DNA of 64,000 nucleotides from Carcharhinus amblyrhynchos (GCA_965287045.1 OZ336888.1:10602001-10666000); one strand, 5' to 3'; positions 50,230 to 64,000 are shown, counted from the first letter of the stretch. Translations and numbers: made by a program. Notes: generated from the sequence alone by a model not told the origin.

Positions 50230-53200
50230 GTATGTAATTGGTTTATTGAAAAATCATCACAGAAGCATGAGTTGAATTGTGATGACAATACAAATATAAC
50301 AAGTGTTTAGAAACAACATAGTTACTGACAACCATTAAAATAAAAAATAAAGTGTAAAATAATAAAAGGATTTATCAAAACATGAACACACACTTAATTA
50401 CAATATGTTGCAAAATGCAGGTCTCTTTAATTTACAAGAATGAAAATGAAAGGTCTACTGCGTTTTGTATTGAAGTTATAGATCATATGTGTCACACTGA
50501 ATTTGTTGAGTTCTCAATCATTTGCATACTATTTATGAGTTTTATAAAGTAGGGAATTTAGTTTTGGTATAGCTGTGTTAATGGGCTCCTCAATATTATA
50601 ATAACAAAACCATTGTACTTTCATCATAGTTATTGATGTCAATATTTTTTTGAAGAACATGTTGATATCCCATGGCAATCCAGCATGAGCAATCAAACTC
50701 ACGTGAAAACAGTAGCTTTCACATCTCACTGTGAGCATGATAAAACATCACAAAAGCAAGATCAAACAAGGGAGATATTAGAATAGATAACTAAAAGTTT
50801 GTAGGGTAGATTTTTACCTTGATGGATGACAGAGAGGCTGAGAGAGGTGAAGAGGTTTAGGGAGAGAATTGTAAAGCTTAGGGCCGAGGAAGCTGAGGCA
50901 GTGGTAGAGTGATTCAAGTGCACACGAGGCCAGAGTCGGAGGAGAGCAGAGATCTCAGAGGACTTCGAGCTGGAGGAGGTTAGAAAGAAATTGATAGACA
51001 AAGTCATGGAATGACTTTGAAATAAGGAGAAGAATCTCAAAATGGCTCATTTTCTTAACAGCATGACCTTCATGGGTGGTATGGTGGCACAGTGGTTAGC
51101 ACTGCTGCCTCACAGCGCCAGCGTTCCATTCCTGGCTTGGATCACTGTCTGTGTGGAGTCTGCATGTTCTCCCCATGTCTGCATGGGTTTTCTCTGGGTA
51201 CTCCAGTTGCTGCCCACAGTCCAAAGGTGTGTGGGTTGGGTGGATTGGCCAAACTAAATTGCTTGTTAGTGTCAGGGGGATTGGCTTGGGTAAATGCATG
51301 GGATTACGGGGATAGTACCTGGATGGGATTGCAGTCAGCCTCCTTCTGCAGAGTGGGATTCTATTATCCTATTTGCTAAAACTTTGCTGAAGGAATATCA
51401 TTTTTGTTTGGTGCTTTTCTCACTCCGTCCTGTCGCAGCATTACGCTCGGTGCTGTGGAATTTTAATTGTACTGATGAGAACGTCACTGCCTTTATGAAC
51501 AGAAATGGCCATCCATAGCTGAGTGCCCAACACATGGCCACAATGGAAGCAGCTATAATGAGTCTTTCTGTCCTGCCCAGCCACGGGAATCGTGGTGGGT
51601 GGGACACGGACACGGGATTTTCCGGTTTCGATGCAAGCGCGGCTGCAAAATCCTGCCCTTTCAGTTACACCAGTTTATCATTCTTCCCCCCCCCCCCCCC
51701 ACTTCCTGCTATAGGGTATGTGTTACAGTTCGGTAGGTACAAAGAAGTCTTCATAGCAATACATAAATAAATAGTAAGTCTTTATTGACTCTTGGAACTA
51801 TTTACAAATATAAGTAAATGGTACAAACTGGGAGCTGCCTCCATGCTTGCTGCTACACACATCTCTGTCCAACAGTAGACTGACCTCCAGGTGCGGGTCA
51901 TTTGCTGTCATATGTTGTATTGTATTAGGTCCCACATGAACCACATATGTACCAGAGTCTTGTAAGATCATAAAATATAGGAACAGAGTGAGGCCATTTG
52001 GCCCATCAAACCTGCTGTTCCATTCAATCATGGCTGATATGATTCTCATCTCCATTCTCCTGCCTTCTCCCTATAATCCTTCATCCCCTTATTAATCAAG
52101 AATCTTTCTATCTCCGTCTTAAAGACACTTAATGACTTGGCAACCCTCTGTGGCAATGAGTTCCACAGATTTACCAGTCTCTGGCTGAAGAAATTCCTCC
52201 TCACTTCACAGTTAAAGGAGTGTCCCTTCACTCTGAGGTTGTGCCCTCGAGTTCGAGGGCACTAGTGGAAACATCCGCTCCGCCTCCACTCTATCTAGGC
52301 CTCTCAGTACTCGGTAAGTTGCTTTCCTCAACAGTGTTTACTTTTGAAGCTTGATTTCATGGTGGTTTAGGGTTGCCCTCTGGAGCGGTCGCCATTAGCT
52401 ACCCGTTTAATGAGGCACACACGCTGCTGTCTGTCTTTGTGATTGAGGAGGTCATGGAGGAAGAGGTCATGCCATTGACAGCTGCCTGGCATTCAGAGAC
52501 AAGCGCACCTTCAGCTAAATCAAATCTGTTCAATGTAAAATGAGTCTTTCTTTGGCAACTGCATCAGTTCATTTATTTGTTGGCGTGCAGTTCTTTCTCC
52601 ACAACTGATAGTGCTCCCACCAGGAAAATATTTCACTCCTCCTCACAGGCATTTCCCCCCCTTGCCCAAATCACACCACAGACGTCAAATCAGTCATGAA
52701 AAAAATTTAAAGGAAATTGGGCTTTGCTGCTGTTTTTTAAAACTTATCTCCTCCCTTTCGATATCTACGGTTGTGTGTCCTTCCAGTCCAAACCTCCAGC
52801 TCCTCCTCATTTCACCATCAGAGGTCGGAAGTTCTGAACTGGCTGACAGATGCTTTCCAGCAGGAGAATTGGTCCACCTTTAAGCAGGCAAGCCTTTGAG
52901 CATGCACAGTGGTTAGCACTGCTGACTCTCAGCACCAGCCACCCAGGTTCAATTCCTGCCTCGGGTCACTGTCTGTGTGAAGTTTGCACATTCTCCCCAT
53001 GCCTGCGTGGGTTTCCTCCTGGGGCTCCGGTTTCCTCCCACAGTCCAAAGATGTGCGGGTTAGGTTGATTGGCCATGCTAAATTGCCCCTTAGTGTCAAG
53101 GAGATTAGCAGGGTAAATGTGTAGAGTTATGGCAAGTGGATCTGTGGTGGGTACAGACTTGATGGGCCGAGTGGCCTCCTTCTGCACTGTAGGGATTCTA

Positions 53201-56200
53201 GATTCCAATTATGAGGTCACACTGCTTATCTTGATACAGAATGCAACCCACTTGTGTGAGAGCAGCCTCTGCAGAAGAATAATGTTGGATCAAAACATTT
53301 ACTGCGTTTCTCTCTCTGCAGATGCTGCTAAGTCTGCTGGGTTTCCTTTCTGCTTTTACTTTAGATCTCCACCATCTGCTGCTGTTTTTGCTTTTCTGTT
53401 GGTGACCAAACGGAGATCTTGGAGCTCTCTGGTCATACTCCAAACTTGCTACTCTGCCTCCTCAACACTTCCTGTGCCCAATCTCACATTCCAACTATTC
53501 CATAGCATTTTTTAAAGAAGGCTAACAAACACACTGTTGGTCATAGGGTGCCAAAAGTCCATGTACGCATCATCAACCCTCTCTATTCCTTCATTAAAGA
53601 TTTCAGTGAAGTTCGTCAAACAAAGTTTGCCTTTAACAAGCCAGTCATTATCTTTACAGGTGACTAATTTTATCTTGTATTCCCACTAGTGGGAGAGACT
53701 AGAACTTGAGGGCACAACCTCAGACTGAAGGAATGCTCCTTTCAAACTGAGACGGGTAGGAGTTTCTTCAGCCAGAAGATGTCAAATCTGTGGAACTCAT
53801 TGCTACAGAGGGCTGTGGAGGCCAGGTCATTGTGCCTCTTTAAGAAGAGGTAGATAGGTTCTTGATCAACGAGGGGGCCAAGGGTTACAGGGAGAAGGCA
53901 GGAGAATGGGGATGAGAATCATAGCAGCCATGATTGAATAGCGGAGATGGGTAAGTGGCCTAATTCTGCTCCTATGTGATATGGTCTAAGTCCCCCCACC
54001 ACTGCCAGTAGGCTTATAGTTGCTAGGTTTATTCCTCTCCCATTTTGTAAACAGGAATGTAACATTTGCAAACCTCCAGTCCTCTGGCCCTATCCCTTAT
54101 CCAAGAAGAATTGCTGTTTTATTAATGTCTTGTCAGAATGCCAAATATAAAAATAATGATGTATTTGCTATCCAAGTATCTGGCTTACAAATCCTACTTG
54201 CCTGATTTTGGCACACAGGCTAATTTTATCTCTGGAGTAAGAAGCTGAAGGTTGCAAGATTCACCAGAACCATTGCTTAATGTCACATTCACATAAGATC
54301 ATATCTGCATGTTCTTTTGATTCCCTTCCAGCTAGCCTGGTCTTTCTGGGTTATGAAACCAAGTGTACATTGTAAAAGTTATTCTTTTTTTTGTGTTCAC
54401 CTAAGTTTCTAATCCTACTAGTATGGTTAATAATAAATAACCAAAAAACAACTGATATTTATATAGAAATATACACAGCTTCATGCAATTACATAGATTC
54501 ATAGAATCATTACAGTGCAGAAGGAGGCCATTTGTCTAATCGAGTCTGCAGTGACTGAACCAGGCCCAATCCTCAGAACCCACATATTTACCCTGCTAAT
54601 TCCCCTGAAACTAAGGGGCAATTTAGCATAGCCAGTCAACCTAACCCGCACATCTTTGGAGTGTGGGAGGAAACCAGATCACCCAGAGGGAACCCACGCA
54701 GACACGAGGAGAACATGCAAACTCCACATAGACAATCACTTGAAGCTGGAATTAAACACGGATCCCTGGCACTGTGAGGCAGCAGTGCTAACCTTGTGCC
54801 CCCGTGCCACCCATGTAGCTCCCTTCCTGGAGAATAAAATCCAGAAAGGATCTGGATACACGTGACATTTTTATACAGCATTAACTCCAAACAGCTATAT
54901 GCAATTTGTTTTTAATCAACTGTTATGTGTGAACAGTTTTAAGTATTTCTACAGATAATTGGATGATTTAAAATGTTCTAATTAAGATTTAAATGACAAA
55001 ATTCTTCCCTGGCTCCCCTTGCGCCCTGTTCGTTCCTCATTACACTCTAATGAGAGCAGTTATTATTTTCATGTTTAGAGCCATCTTGGTTATTTTAATC
55101 TTAAACTTAATTATTTTCAACCAACTCCAGCCTGGGCTTTAGGTTGTCTAATGAGACCCTCGGCCATGTACTGCAATTAAACTTGTCTTAAATATTTCCT
55201 CCAGTTATCCTGTCTTGTAGCTTCCGCAATTGCTGCCCCAACCTTCCCTCATCAGTCCCTGTATAGCAAGTGAGAATCTATACTGATTCAGAGTTCAGCT
55301 GCCTCGCTTTGTAGCCCTGCTCAATTACCACCCCTTCCTGACTGCAACCAAACCACCACCCAGGACTTGTTGATTCAACTCCTTAATTTTGTTCGCTCGT
55401 TTGGTTAGCAAGTCTGTTGGTTATTTATGGATCAGCTGCCAGAGGAAGTCAGCAGTGCTCCAGCCAACCTCATTCATTCATTGGGAGTTCTTGCAATTTG
55501 TCTCTCCTGCCTCCTTGTGATCAATAAGCGGTAAAGTAGGAGAGGTTGTGAATCACCTGCTTGTATCATTGATTTCATCCTAAGCAGAAGTACTTACACT
55601 TTCACCTGGTCAGTTAGTGTCACCCACTGAGAATCAATGGGAACCACAAATGGGACCATCACAAATACCTGTCCTCTAATTAGAGGTTGCTACTTGTAAT
55701 CAATAGATTGTAAAATCTCAAGAAATAGAATTCTTGACTCAGTCAATGGTTCCTATATATCAGTAGCAAATTGAAAATATGTGGCAAGTGGGAATCTTGG
55801 TTGAAATCCTTTCTTTAAAAGGCTCCTTGGTGACAACCAGGCTTCTTATTTAGTTTGTTCCTCCTTTTAAATAAGGAATTTTAAAAAAACATTTCAGGAC
55901 ATGTGCACCACTGGCAAAGCCAGCATTTATTGCCCATTCCTAGTTGCCCTTGAGAAGTGATGTGCAGGTTGAGTTAATTGGCCATGCTAAATTGACCCTA
56001 GTGTCAGGGGGATTAGCAGAGTAAATGTGCAGGGTTACAGGGATAGGGCCTGGGTGGGATTGTGGTCGGCACGGACTTGATGGTCCAAATGGCGGCCTTC
56101 TGCACTGTGGGGATTCTATGATTCTAAGTGCTGGTAAGCTGCCTTCTTGAACCATTGCCGCCTGTGTGGCGAATATACTTCCACTGCTCTGTTTGGTAGA

Positions 56201-57577
56201 GGATTTTGATCAAGAAGGAATGGAGGAATAGCAATGTATGTGCAAAGTCAGGGTGCTGATGTTTTCCCCATTGCTGTTGCCAATGTCTGTTTAGGTGCCG
56301 GAGGCTGTGGATGTGGAAAGTGCTGCCAAAGAAATTGCGAACACAGTTGACGTACGCAACGCCTTGTGCAGTCAGGTAAATTTAGGAGGCTCTCTAAAAA
56401 TGGAACCAAAAAGTTATTTTACAAAACAAAGCATTTTACTGAGAGTGTACTGCATTATTGTTTCTGCTTCTGACACTCAAGGTCCTTTATTTGTGAATCT
56501 GCCTCATTGAGAGCAGTTTTGGGAAACACTGCATTAAAATTGTCCAAAATAAAAAATGCTACGTTTTAAAAAGCACAGTTATTTTATACTATCATTCTTC
56601 AAGCTTCAAAGAAAATATATTTTTTGTCCAGTCAGAAAATTTGATGCCTCTCTAAAGAATGAGTTTGTTAATAATCTCTAGCTTATAGCCAAAACGCCCT
56701 GGTTGCAAACTCTAGCCTCCCCTTTGGATGCTCTGGTTAAGAGTCAAGATTATCCATCAATAGAATATGGTAGCATTCTTCCCCACACCATTCACTCTAT
56801 GGCAAACTGTGACTTCCCAGTGTTAAAATCTCCACACATACCTGCAAAACATACCTGTAACTATGAGCTTTTGAGCCACTAGATGGCTCTGTATTACCTT
56901 TTAACCTTTCTTCACAAATCGCAGAAAAGGCTTTATGAAAGTTTATTACAACACCGTTGTTTCCTCAATAACTGATATTTCTAATGGCCAAAATGAGGTG
57001 CTGAACAAAATGGAATGGGTAGAATTTACAATGGAGTTATAATGTTCCAAATTTGAATTGTCCTTGGTGCTTTTTAATACCTCTATATTTCTGGACAAGG
57101 CGATGGCCTAGTGGAATTATCACTAGATTATTAATCCAGAAACTCAGCTAATGTTCTGGGGGTCCAGGTTCGAATCCCACCACGACAGATGGTGGAATTT
57201 GAATTCAGTTTAAAAAAAAACTGGAACTAAGAATCTAGTGATGACCAGGAAACCATTGTTGATTGTCGGAAAATCCCATCTGATTCACTGATGTCCTATA
57301 GGGAAGGAAATCTGTCATTGTTACCCTACGTGTGACTCCAAAGCCACAGCAATGTGGTTGGCCCTCAACTGTCCTCGGGCGACGAGGAATGGCAATAAAT
57401 GCTGGCCAACCAGTGATGCCCACGTCCCACGAATGAATAAAAGCAAACTCTAAGGCCTTAGCCTGAGTCCAGAGTTTGAACATTGATGAGATAGGTTTAC
57501 TTTACAACAGCTGAAAACTCCCTTTCAGCATATGCATTTGGCAACATTTTTCAACATGTTAATTTGTGTATCAGCAG

Positions 57578-58295
57578 TGTTACAAGTCAAATCAAATACT
57601 TCAAGGTGTTCTATGAAGTTTGCCTGACCTGTTGAATTTGGCTAGGATGAGCATGAGAGGTTTCAACTGATGCATGAGGAGCTTTTATCAAAACTAAAGT
57701 TTAATTAAGAATATTGCTGACATGCATTGTAAAGACAACTAACAATAACTTTTAACAATTACAAACAAGAAACACAACAACCATGATAATGTGTAACTCT
57801 TAAGAAATATTTCCAATGTGTTCCAACAAAAGCCAACATCCCATACAAAAGCTTCCAAATAAGCACAATATAGCATAGGTTAATGCACTCTTGTTACAGG
57901 AGTCCAGCCTCCTGGGTTGAATGCTGAATATCCCTTGTGAAGAAACTCAGAAAAGATTGTAGTCGAATCTGTTTCCCAAAACACAGCTTCTTTAAGGCAG
58001 GGTGACAGTAAGCCTCTCCTTTAGCTACCTGACAATAGTTTCAGAACCAAACAAAGAGAAGATTAAAGAGAGAGAGAGACTGCTTTTTAGCTTGCTGCTA
58101 AACTGCTTTCCAACACACTCCCCAAAAAAACAGTGAAAGCCCAAAGGAAAAAAACTCCTATCATCTGACTGCCACAAATAAAAATGAAAGCCTATCATCT
58201 GATTGCCACAGCTTAACTCCACCCCAATGACATCACTGAAGCTGTAAGATGCATGATTTTAAAAAAAACTTTTTTAAAGGTACACTCACATGACA
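57578..58295 (-). mobile_element. Solo LTR (~720 bp)
   Basis: Minus strand starts TGTCATGTGAGTGTACCTTTAA and ends TTGTAACA. Flanks gcag/acag (3 of 4 match), a polyA-like attaaa, and an internal duplication cctatcatctga(c/t)tgccaca. Confidence 0.6.
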
Positions 58296-58661
58296 ACAGA
58301 GATTGAATATTCGAAGTACTGTGCACTCACCTCATGAGCATTTGAATTTACAAAGTTTTTATTTCACGCGAGTGATGACATTTGCATAGATGTTTCAATG
58401 TTTTATTATGTTTTATTATTATGGAATCTTCAGAGGCAATTACCACTTGCGAGAGGCAGTATCCTGACTAATTTAATCTCTACCCTCCCTTGCCTTCACA
58501 AGATGCCAGAACAGCTCATTATCACCATTGAGTTGACAATGAACTTCCAAATCCGGAAGATATGATAGACTTAGCTATGTGTAGAATGTACAATCCTATG
58601 GTCAACTGTTGTGGATCACAAACATGCTAAAAACGCTGCCTTCTAATTGAAAAATGTACAC

Positions 58662-61600
58662 TGTTATATATTTAACTGGTTGCAAGATTGCTTTAAGACC
58701 TGTTCGCTTGATTTGATGGTGATGTAATTAGAGTATTCCAGAGGCTCCTGCTTTTAGTTTATGTTTGTGTTCTGTGCAGAGAATTACTCTTTCAGTAAAG
58801 CTGTTGTATTTTTGAACCGACACATGGAAACTACAGCTTATTCTTTTTATTTAAAAGCCCACAACCACTAATACAGTTAGGACATTACAAAAAAGAAGTA
58901 AAGTTAAAAGTTTATTAACTAGCCACAAGTATGCTTAGCTTAACACTGCAATGAAATTACTGTGAAAATCCCCTAGTCGCCACATTCCAGCACCTGTTTG
59001 GGTACACAGAGGGAGAATTTAGCACAGCCAATGCACCTAGCCAGCACGTCTTTCAGACTGTGGGAGGAAACCAGAGCACTTGGAGGAAAGTCATGCAGAC
59101 ATGGGGAGAATGTGCAGACTCTGCACAGAGAATGACCTAAGCCAGGAATTGAGCCCAGGCCCCTGATGCTGTGAGGCAGCAGTGCTAACCACTGTGCCAC
59201 CATGCCGCTCGAATTGGTGACAAGTCAGGATTTTGTTTTATTGAGAATTTCGAGGAAAAATGCTAAGTAGAAGAAAAAAATCATTGTGGAGCCTCACACT
59301 TCGAATGCGAGAAGGCTGGAGAAAAGAAACAACAGGATTGAAGATTAAAATGCCAGTGAAGGAAGACCAAGTAATGTAAAAAGGGTGTAAGCTTTCCCTG
59401 TGGTTTTAAATGAGCATTTTTGTTTCCTATTAGAGAAGAGTGAGATTTCAGATTCCTGGCCGTATTTGGCATATTTGAAAAGAAAGGATGTGTTGTTGTA
59501 CAGTTGGGGGTCACATGAAATAAAAAGTATGTCTCCAGTCTTGAATTGCTAGTGCTTGCAAGAGAGATGGTGGGACAATTAGGATTCATGGGTCCTTTTA
59601 AGGAAGAAATTGAGTCATGGAGTTCTTCTGCCAAGTGTTTTCAGTACTTTACACAAATGAATAAAGTTGCAAATGAGGTGTGTGTACCAGCTTTTTAGTA
59701 CAATAGAAAATAAAACCTTTGCTCAGGAACTTTGTTCATCCAATAAAGCCAGGAACAAAACATACGATGACTTGACAAAATCCTTGAAGAGCATTACTCT
59801 CCGAAGCCACGGATTATTAGGAATGGTTCAGATTCTACCAAAGGAATTGGGGAAAGCTTTGTGCAGTTTGTGGCAACATTAAAAAGGCTGGCACAACACT
59901 GAGAAGTTTAGTGAGTCATTAAAAGATAGTCTTCAAGATCACCGAGTTTGTGGCTCGTTATCCGAAGAGATTGCTTAGTGAACAGGTTTTGACTTTAAAG
60001 AGAGCAGTAGCTCTCTTTAGCGTCAATGGGACTGGCTGCTAAAGAGACTTCACAATTTGGTGCAGGAATAAAGATCCACAAGCTGGGAACTGCCCATCAA
60101 ATGTCAAAACAGCAACAAGCATATCACAGAAGTGCCAAAATGGACCATTCAGCGAGTGATTGCTGGAGCAAGGATAATCAATGCAAGAACTGTGCCAAAA
60201 TGGGCCACATTACAAAAACTTATTAGGCTGCTTTCTGAGAGACTAATCAGAAGAAGAATCTGGGCACCTTCAAGAAGAACAAGTTGCAACCTACAAAAGT
60301 AATTTACAACATGGAGGAAAAGAATTAGGACTGCAAAGAAAAGAATGTCCAGAAATATGGTGAAGAGCCACAACTGAATGTCTCATCCAGACAGGGTGTA
60401 TCACATAAATTCTGGGTGATTCCAATGTTAATTGGACGACATATTAGGATGGAGGTCAATACTAGTGCTGCTGTACGTTTAATTCCTGAGATTACATACC
60501 AACAAAAATTGAAGCATCTTTCCTTAAAGCCAGCTGATGTGATTTGAAGGACATTAATGGAAGAGATTGTTCCATTAAAAGGTTGCATCGTGGTCAATGT
60601 AGAATTGAATGGACTAACAGTCCATTCCATTAGGTCCATGGGAATTCTCTATCTCTAGTTGGATATCATGATTGAAGAAGATGAAGCTTAACTGGAGTGC
60701 TGTCAACAGATTTGTCAATGTCAAAACAGACCTAGAGCAGTTTTGGATAAGTACAAGAGTGTTTTGTAGACACACTTGACTCAATGAAGGGACTTCAAGT
60801 AAAAATCAAGGAAAAGCTTTAGAGTCAACCAAAAAATCTGAGTGGTGCCATATGCAATTTGTCCTTAGGACGAAGAATAATTAGCACTGCTTGTGATTAA
60901 CTGGGCTACCCCCATCATACCTGTCATGAAATCTGATAGTTCAGGTGGTATTTGTGATCATTTTAAAACAACCAGAAACCCAGCGTTATGTGCTTATTAA
61001 TATCAGTTTTCACTAATTAAAGATTGGTTTGCTGAGTTATTAGGTAAGCAGTAATTTCGCAAGTTTGATCTTTTGCAAGCATATTTACAGATGAATGGAG
61101 CTGCTGAATCTCAAACATTGTTATTCATAAAGTTTTTTTGTTATTAAAAAATTACCTTTTGGAATAAGATCCTCATCAGCGTTATTCCAAAGACCTGTTG
61201 ATCAGTTTTAAGTGGTCTCTCTGGTTTACAATGTTATCTGGATGATATTGGAATTATAATGTCTGGTAAACAAGAACACTTGAATAATTCAGAAGCCACA
61301 TTGAAACTTTTTCAAGCACATGGTCTGAAGCATCATGTCTGACAACTGTGATGCAATTGAAGTCCTTTCTGGGATTAGTAAATTATTATAGAAAATTTGG
61401 TCCTAACTTAGCTATATTACTGAAATCATTGTACAATTTTCTATGTGTGAAACAGTCATCATGTTGGACAAGAAAATGTGAGGAAGCATACAAAAATGTC
61501 AAAGGTGCTTTGCAGAAGCCTGAAGTATTGGTTTAATTCAAAGCTATCATCACTGTTTATTTGTGATGTTTCAACTTACGAAGTTGGTGCAGTAGTTTCA

Positions 61601-63120
61601 CATGTTTGCTTTCAGGAGAAGAATGACCAATAGCTTCATGTACTGTGGTTAGTGTTGAATTTAAAAATGTTCAGCTAGACAAGTAATTTGTTTTTTTTGC
61701 AGTAATTTGCTTTTATTCAGCTGGAAAACTCTTACCTTTACTGATTGAGCAGATGCCATCAACCGTTGCTAATATTCTTTACTTTTTGCTAGTAAATCAT
61801 TTGCCTATGACAGCTTCTTAAGTTGAGAAACATACCAGAATGCAATGGGGAAGATGATGTGTCTGGTATTGAAAGTAACAATAGCTGTAAAATCCACATC
61901 CTAATTTGAAACCATATGTGTCAAGAAAGCTGGTAGTTCAAGGTGGGTACATATTGTGGGGAATCCAAGTGATTCATCCTCCTTGTCTGCAAGGAAGAGT
62001 TCATAGAATCAGAAAATCCCTACAGTACCGAAGGAGGCCATTTGGCCCATCGAGCCTACATCAACAACAATCCCATCCAGGCCCTATCCCCATAATCCTC
62101 ACATTTACCTTGTTAATCTCCCAGATACTAAGGGTCAATTTAGCATGGCCAGTCAACCTAACCTGCAAAGGAGGTGGGAGAAAACCAGAGCACCCGAAGA
62201 AGAGTCACACAGACGTGGGAAGAATGGGCAAACTCATTGGAATTGAGCCTGGAATTGAACCCAGGTCCTTGAAACTGTGAGGCAGCAGTGCTAACCATTA
62301 TGTCACCATGCCACCCCTTGTTTTTGAACAATTACATGAAAGACATCCTGGATGAAGGAATTGATGTGTAGATATTTTTGATGGCCAGGTCTGGATGCCC
62401 AGATTGAAGAAAAGGTGGGACAGTGTCAATTCTGCGCATGAATAAGAAAAATGCCACGGTCATCTCTTTTACATCCTTGGGAGTCGCCTAGAATGCATTG
62501 AAATGATAGCATTAGATTCTGCTGGTCTCTTTGAGAATTACAAGTTTTTAGTCATAATTGATGCACACTCAAAGTGGCCAGAAGTTGTTAACGTGGGATC
62601 TGCTACTGCTGAACATTGAAAACATCGATGATAGTTTGGCAAGGTTTGGTACATCAGAACAGATTGTAAGCAATAATGATTCACAGTTTACTTCACAAGA
62701 GTTTGAGGATTATCTCAAAGTAAATGGTATTCAGCATATAACATCTACATCTTATCATCTGTCAACCAATGGATGCGCTGAAAGATTTGTACAATCATTG
62801 AAACATCCTGGAAAAGCTTCCAAAGAGCAAAGTTCATAATCACATAGTGTGAATAGCTTTTTGACATCTTAAAGAAACACTATTCATGACTACGCAAAGT
62901 TCATCTGCGTTACTGCTCTTAAAGAGAAAGTTGGGAATAACACTTGATTTGTTATTACTGCCAAAATCTTCAGAGATAGTAATCAATAAGAATCTCAAAT
63001 TGCCAGATGAGAAGCGAGGGCAAATCAATCTCAGTTCAATAGAGATTGAGTAATTTTGCCATAAGTGAGAAACAGGTCCAATTTCTTACACGGTTCAAAC
63101 TAAAGATGAGTTCTGCATGA
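58662..63120 (+). mobile_element. Degenerate Ty3/Gypsy LTR retrotransposon (putative 5' LTR 58662-58889, PBS at 59215, gag-pol remnants ~59567-63000)
   Basis: Gag start MVGQLGFMGPFKEEIESW, zinc knuckle CKNCAKMGH, protease MEVNTSAA, RT WATPIIPV and YLDD (61235-61246), LKSFLGLVNYYRKF, RNase H CDVSTYEVGAVVSH. Integrase HPG..WPGL..CQFC, IDAHSKWPEV, QFTSQEF..NGCAERFVQSLK. Domain order PR-RT-RH-IN with many stops and frameshifts. No 3' LTR recognised. Confidence 0.9.
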
Positions 63121-64000
63121 TTTCCATATAAGTTTGAAAGACTATAGGGGCAACCTTATCATCTTATCCTTCTCACGATACTACTGGCACTGTGAAGGGC
63201 AAGCCTGATTATAATACTTAAATCTCTATTAATTTGGACTCACTTGCCTTAATGGCCTTGCTGTGCAGGTCCTCACTGACGAGGAGCGTGTAGAACTGCC
63301 AGCAGTGGGGATCAGAAATGATGGCTTTGCCATTGAGGCCTCTCAGGGGCTGGAGGCAGTGTCACTCTGGCATGCCAACCTGTCACTGCCTACCGGTTAC
63401 CCTCCCACTGCCTATTGGGCACCAGTACCTGAATGGGGCAGGGCCCAACGGGAGTCGGTGGGGGGTCAATGCACTCTGCAATCAGAATTGGGGATGGCTG
63501 GGGTGATGATTGGCCGGAGGGGTTGAGGAACAGGGGCAGCAATCATCATCTGGGGAAATGAGGGTGGTAATTGCCTGGGGGGGGGGGTGGTTTTGGGGCA
63601 GTGGGTGGTGGTGTGATGTCTCGTGGAGTGGGGTAGGGGGTGAGTGCATTAACTGTGTATTCTTGTAAACCGCTTGTGCACTGGGAGATGGGTGCATATG
63701 CAATGGCACCCTCCAGCAGTCATCAGCCGGCTTCCTGGCAAGAACACCCTCCTGATGAGAATCACATTTTGCCCCTTTTTTTTCTCTAAGTGGCATAAGA
63801 TTGTGTCTGAGAACTTGCCCAAAAATGGACGTAATTCTCTTCTGTTTTCAATCTCATTTTGCACTTTGAATTTTTTTGGTATCACTTCCGCAAACCCGCC
63901 CTCTCCCCCTCCTTTGAAAGACTAAAAGCTCAATGGTTCCTATCAAATATTCTCTATGTACTGGATACTATTGTGGTCAAAATCCATAAAAAGCGATACC

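Noticed and set aside
56295-56510. Plus-strand exon-like ORF with AG/GT boundaries
   Set aside because: It overlaps the antisense strand of a decayed CR1-clade LINE 3' region similar to 36230-36360.
63140-64000. Possible 3' LTR of the Gypsy element
   Set aside because: No match to 58662-58889 was seen. The sequence resembles the GC-rich repeat at ~48430-48760 instead.

Overview
Repeat-dense vertebrate DNA. The repeat repertoire (HE1-type tRNA-derived SINEs, CR1 and Rex1-like LINEs, Deu-domain SINEs, Penelope-derived fold-back elements) points to a cartilaginous fish, probably a shark; this is an inference. The only well-supported gene is the 5' part of an ARHGEF39-like Rho-GEF on the minus strand. 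Its inferred structure is a GC-box/CCAAT/ETS promoter near 33.55-33.7 kb, a short ATG exon (29751-29843), a ~27.5-kb intron, and two DH-domain-start exons (2046-2221, 1833-1927); the gene continues off the left edge. The right half is mostly intergenic, with a decayed Gypsy provirus (58.7-63.1 kb) and a solo LTR; a second candidate solo LTR lies at 26 kb. The most interesting signal is two families of Penelope-derived fold-back insertions carrying minimal type-I hammerhead ribozyme motifs with palindromic stem III and visible covariation. Family A forms a series of hairpins with different fold-back points and 9-15 bp target-site duplications. Almost all ORFs in the supplied track are repeat artefacts. 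Family names come from motif recognition only, no database search was run, and repeat boundaries are approximate.
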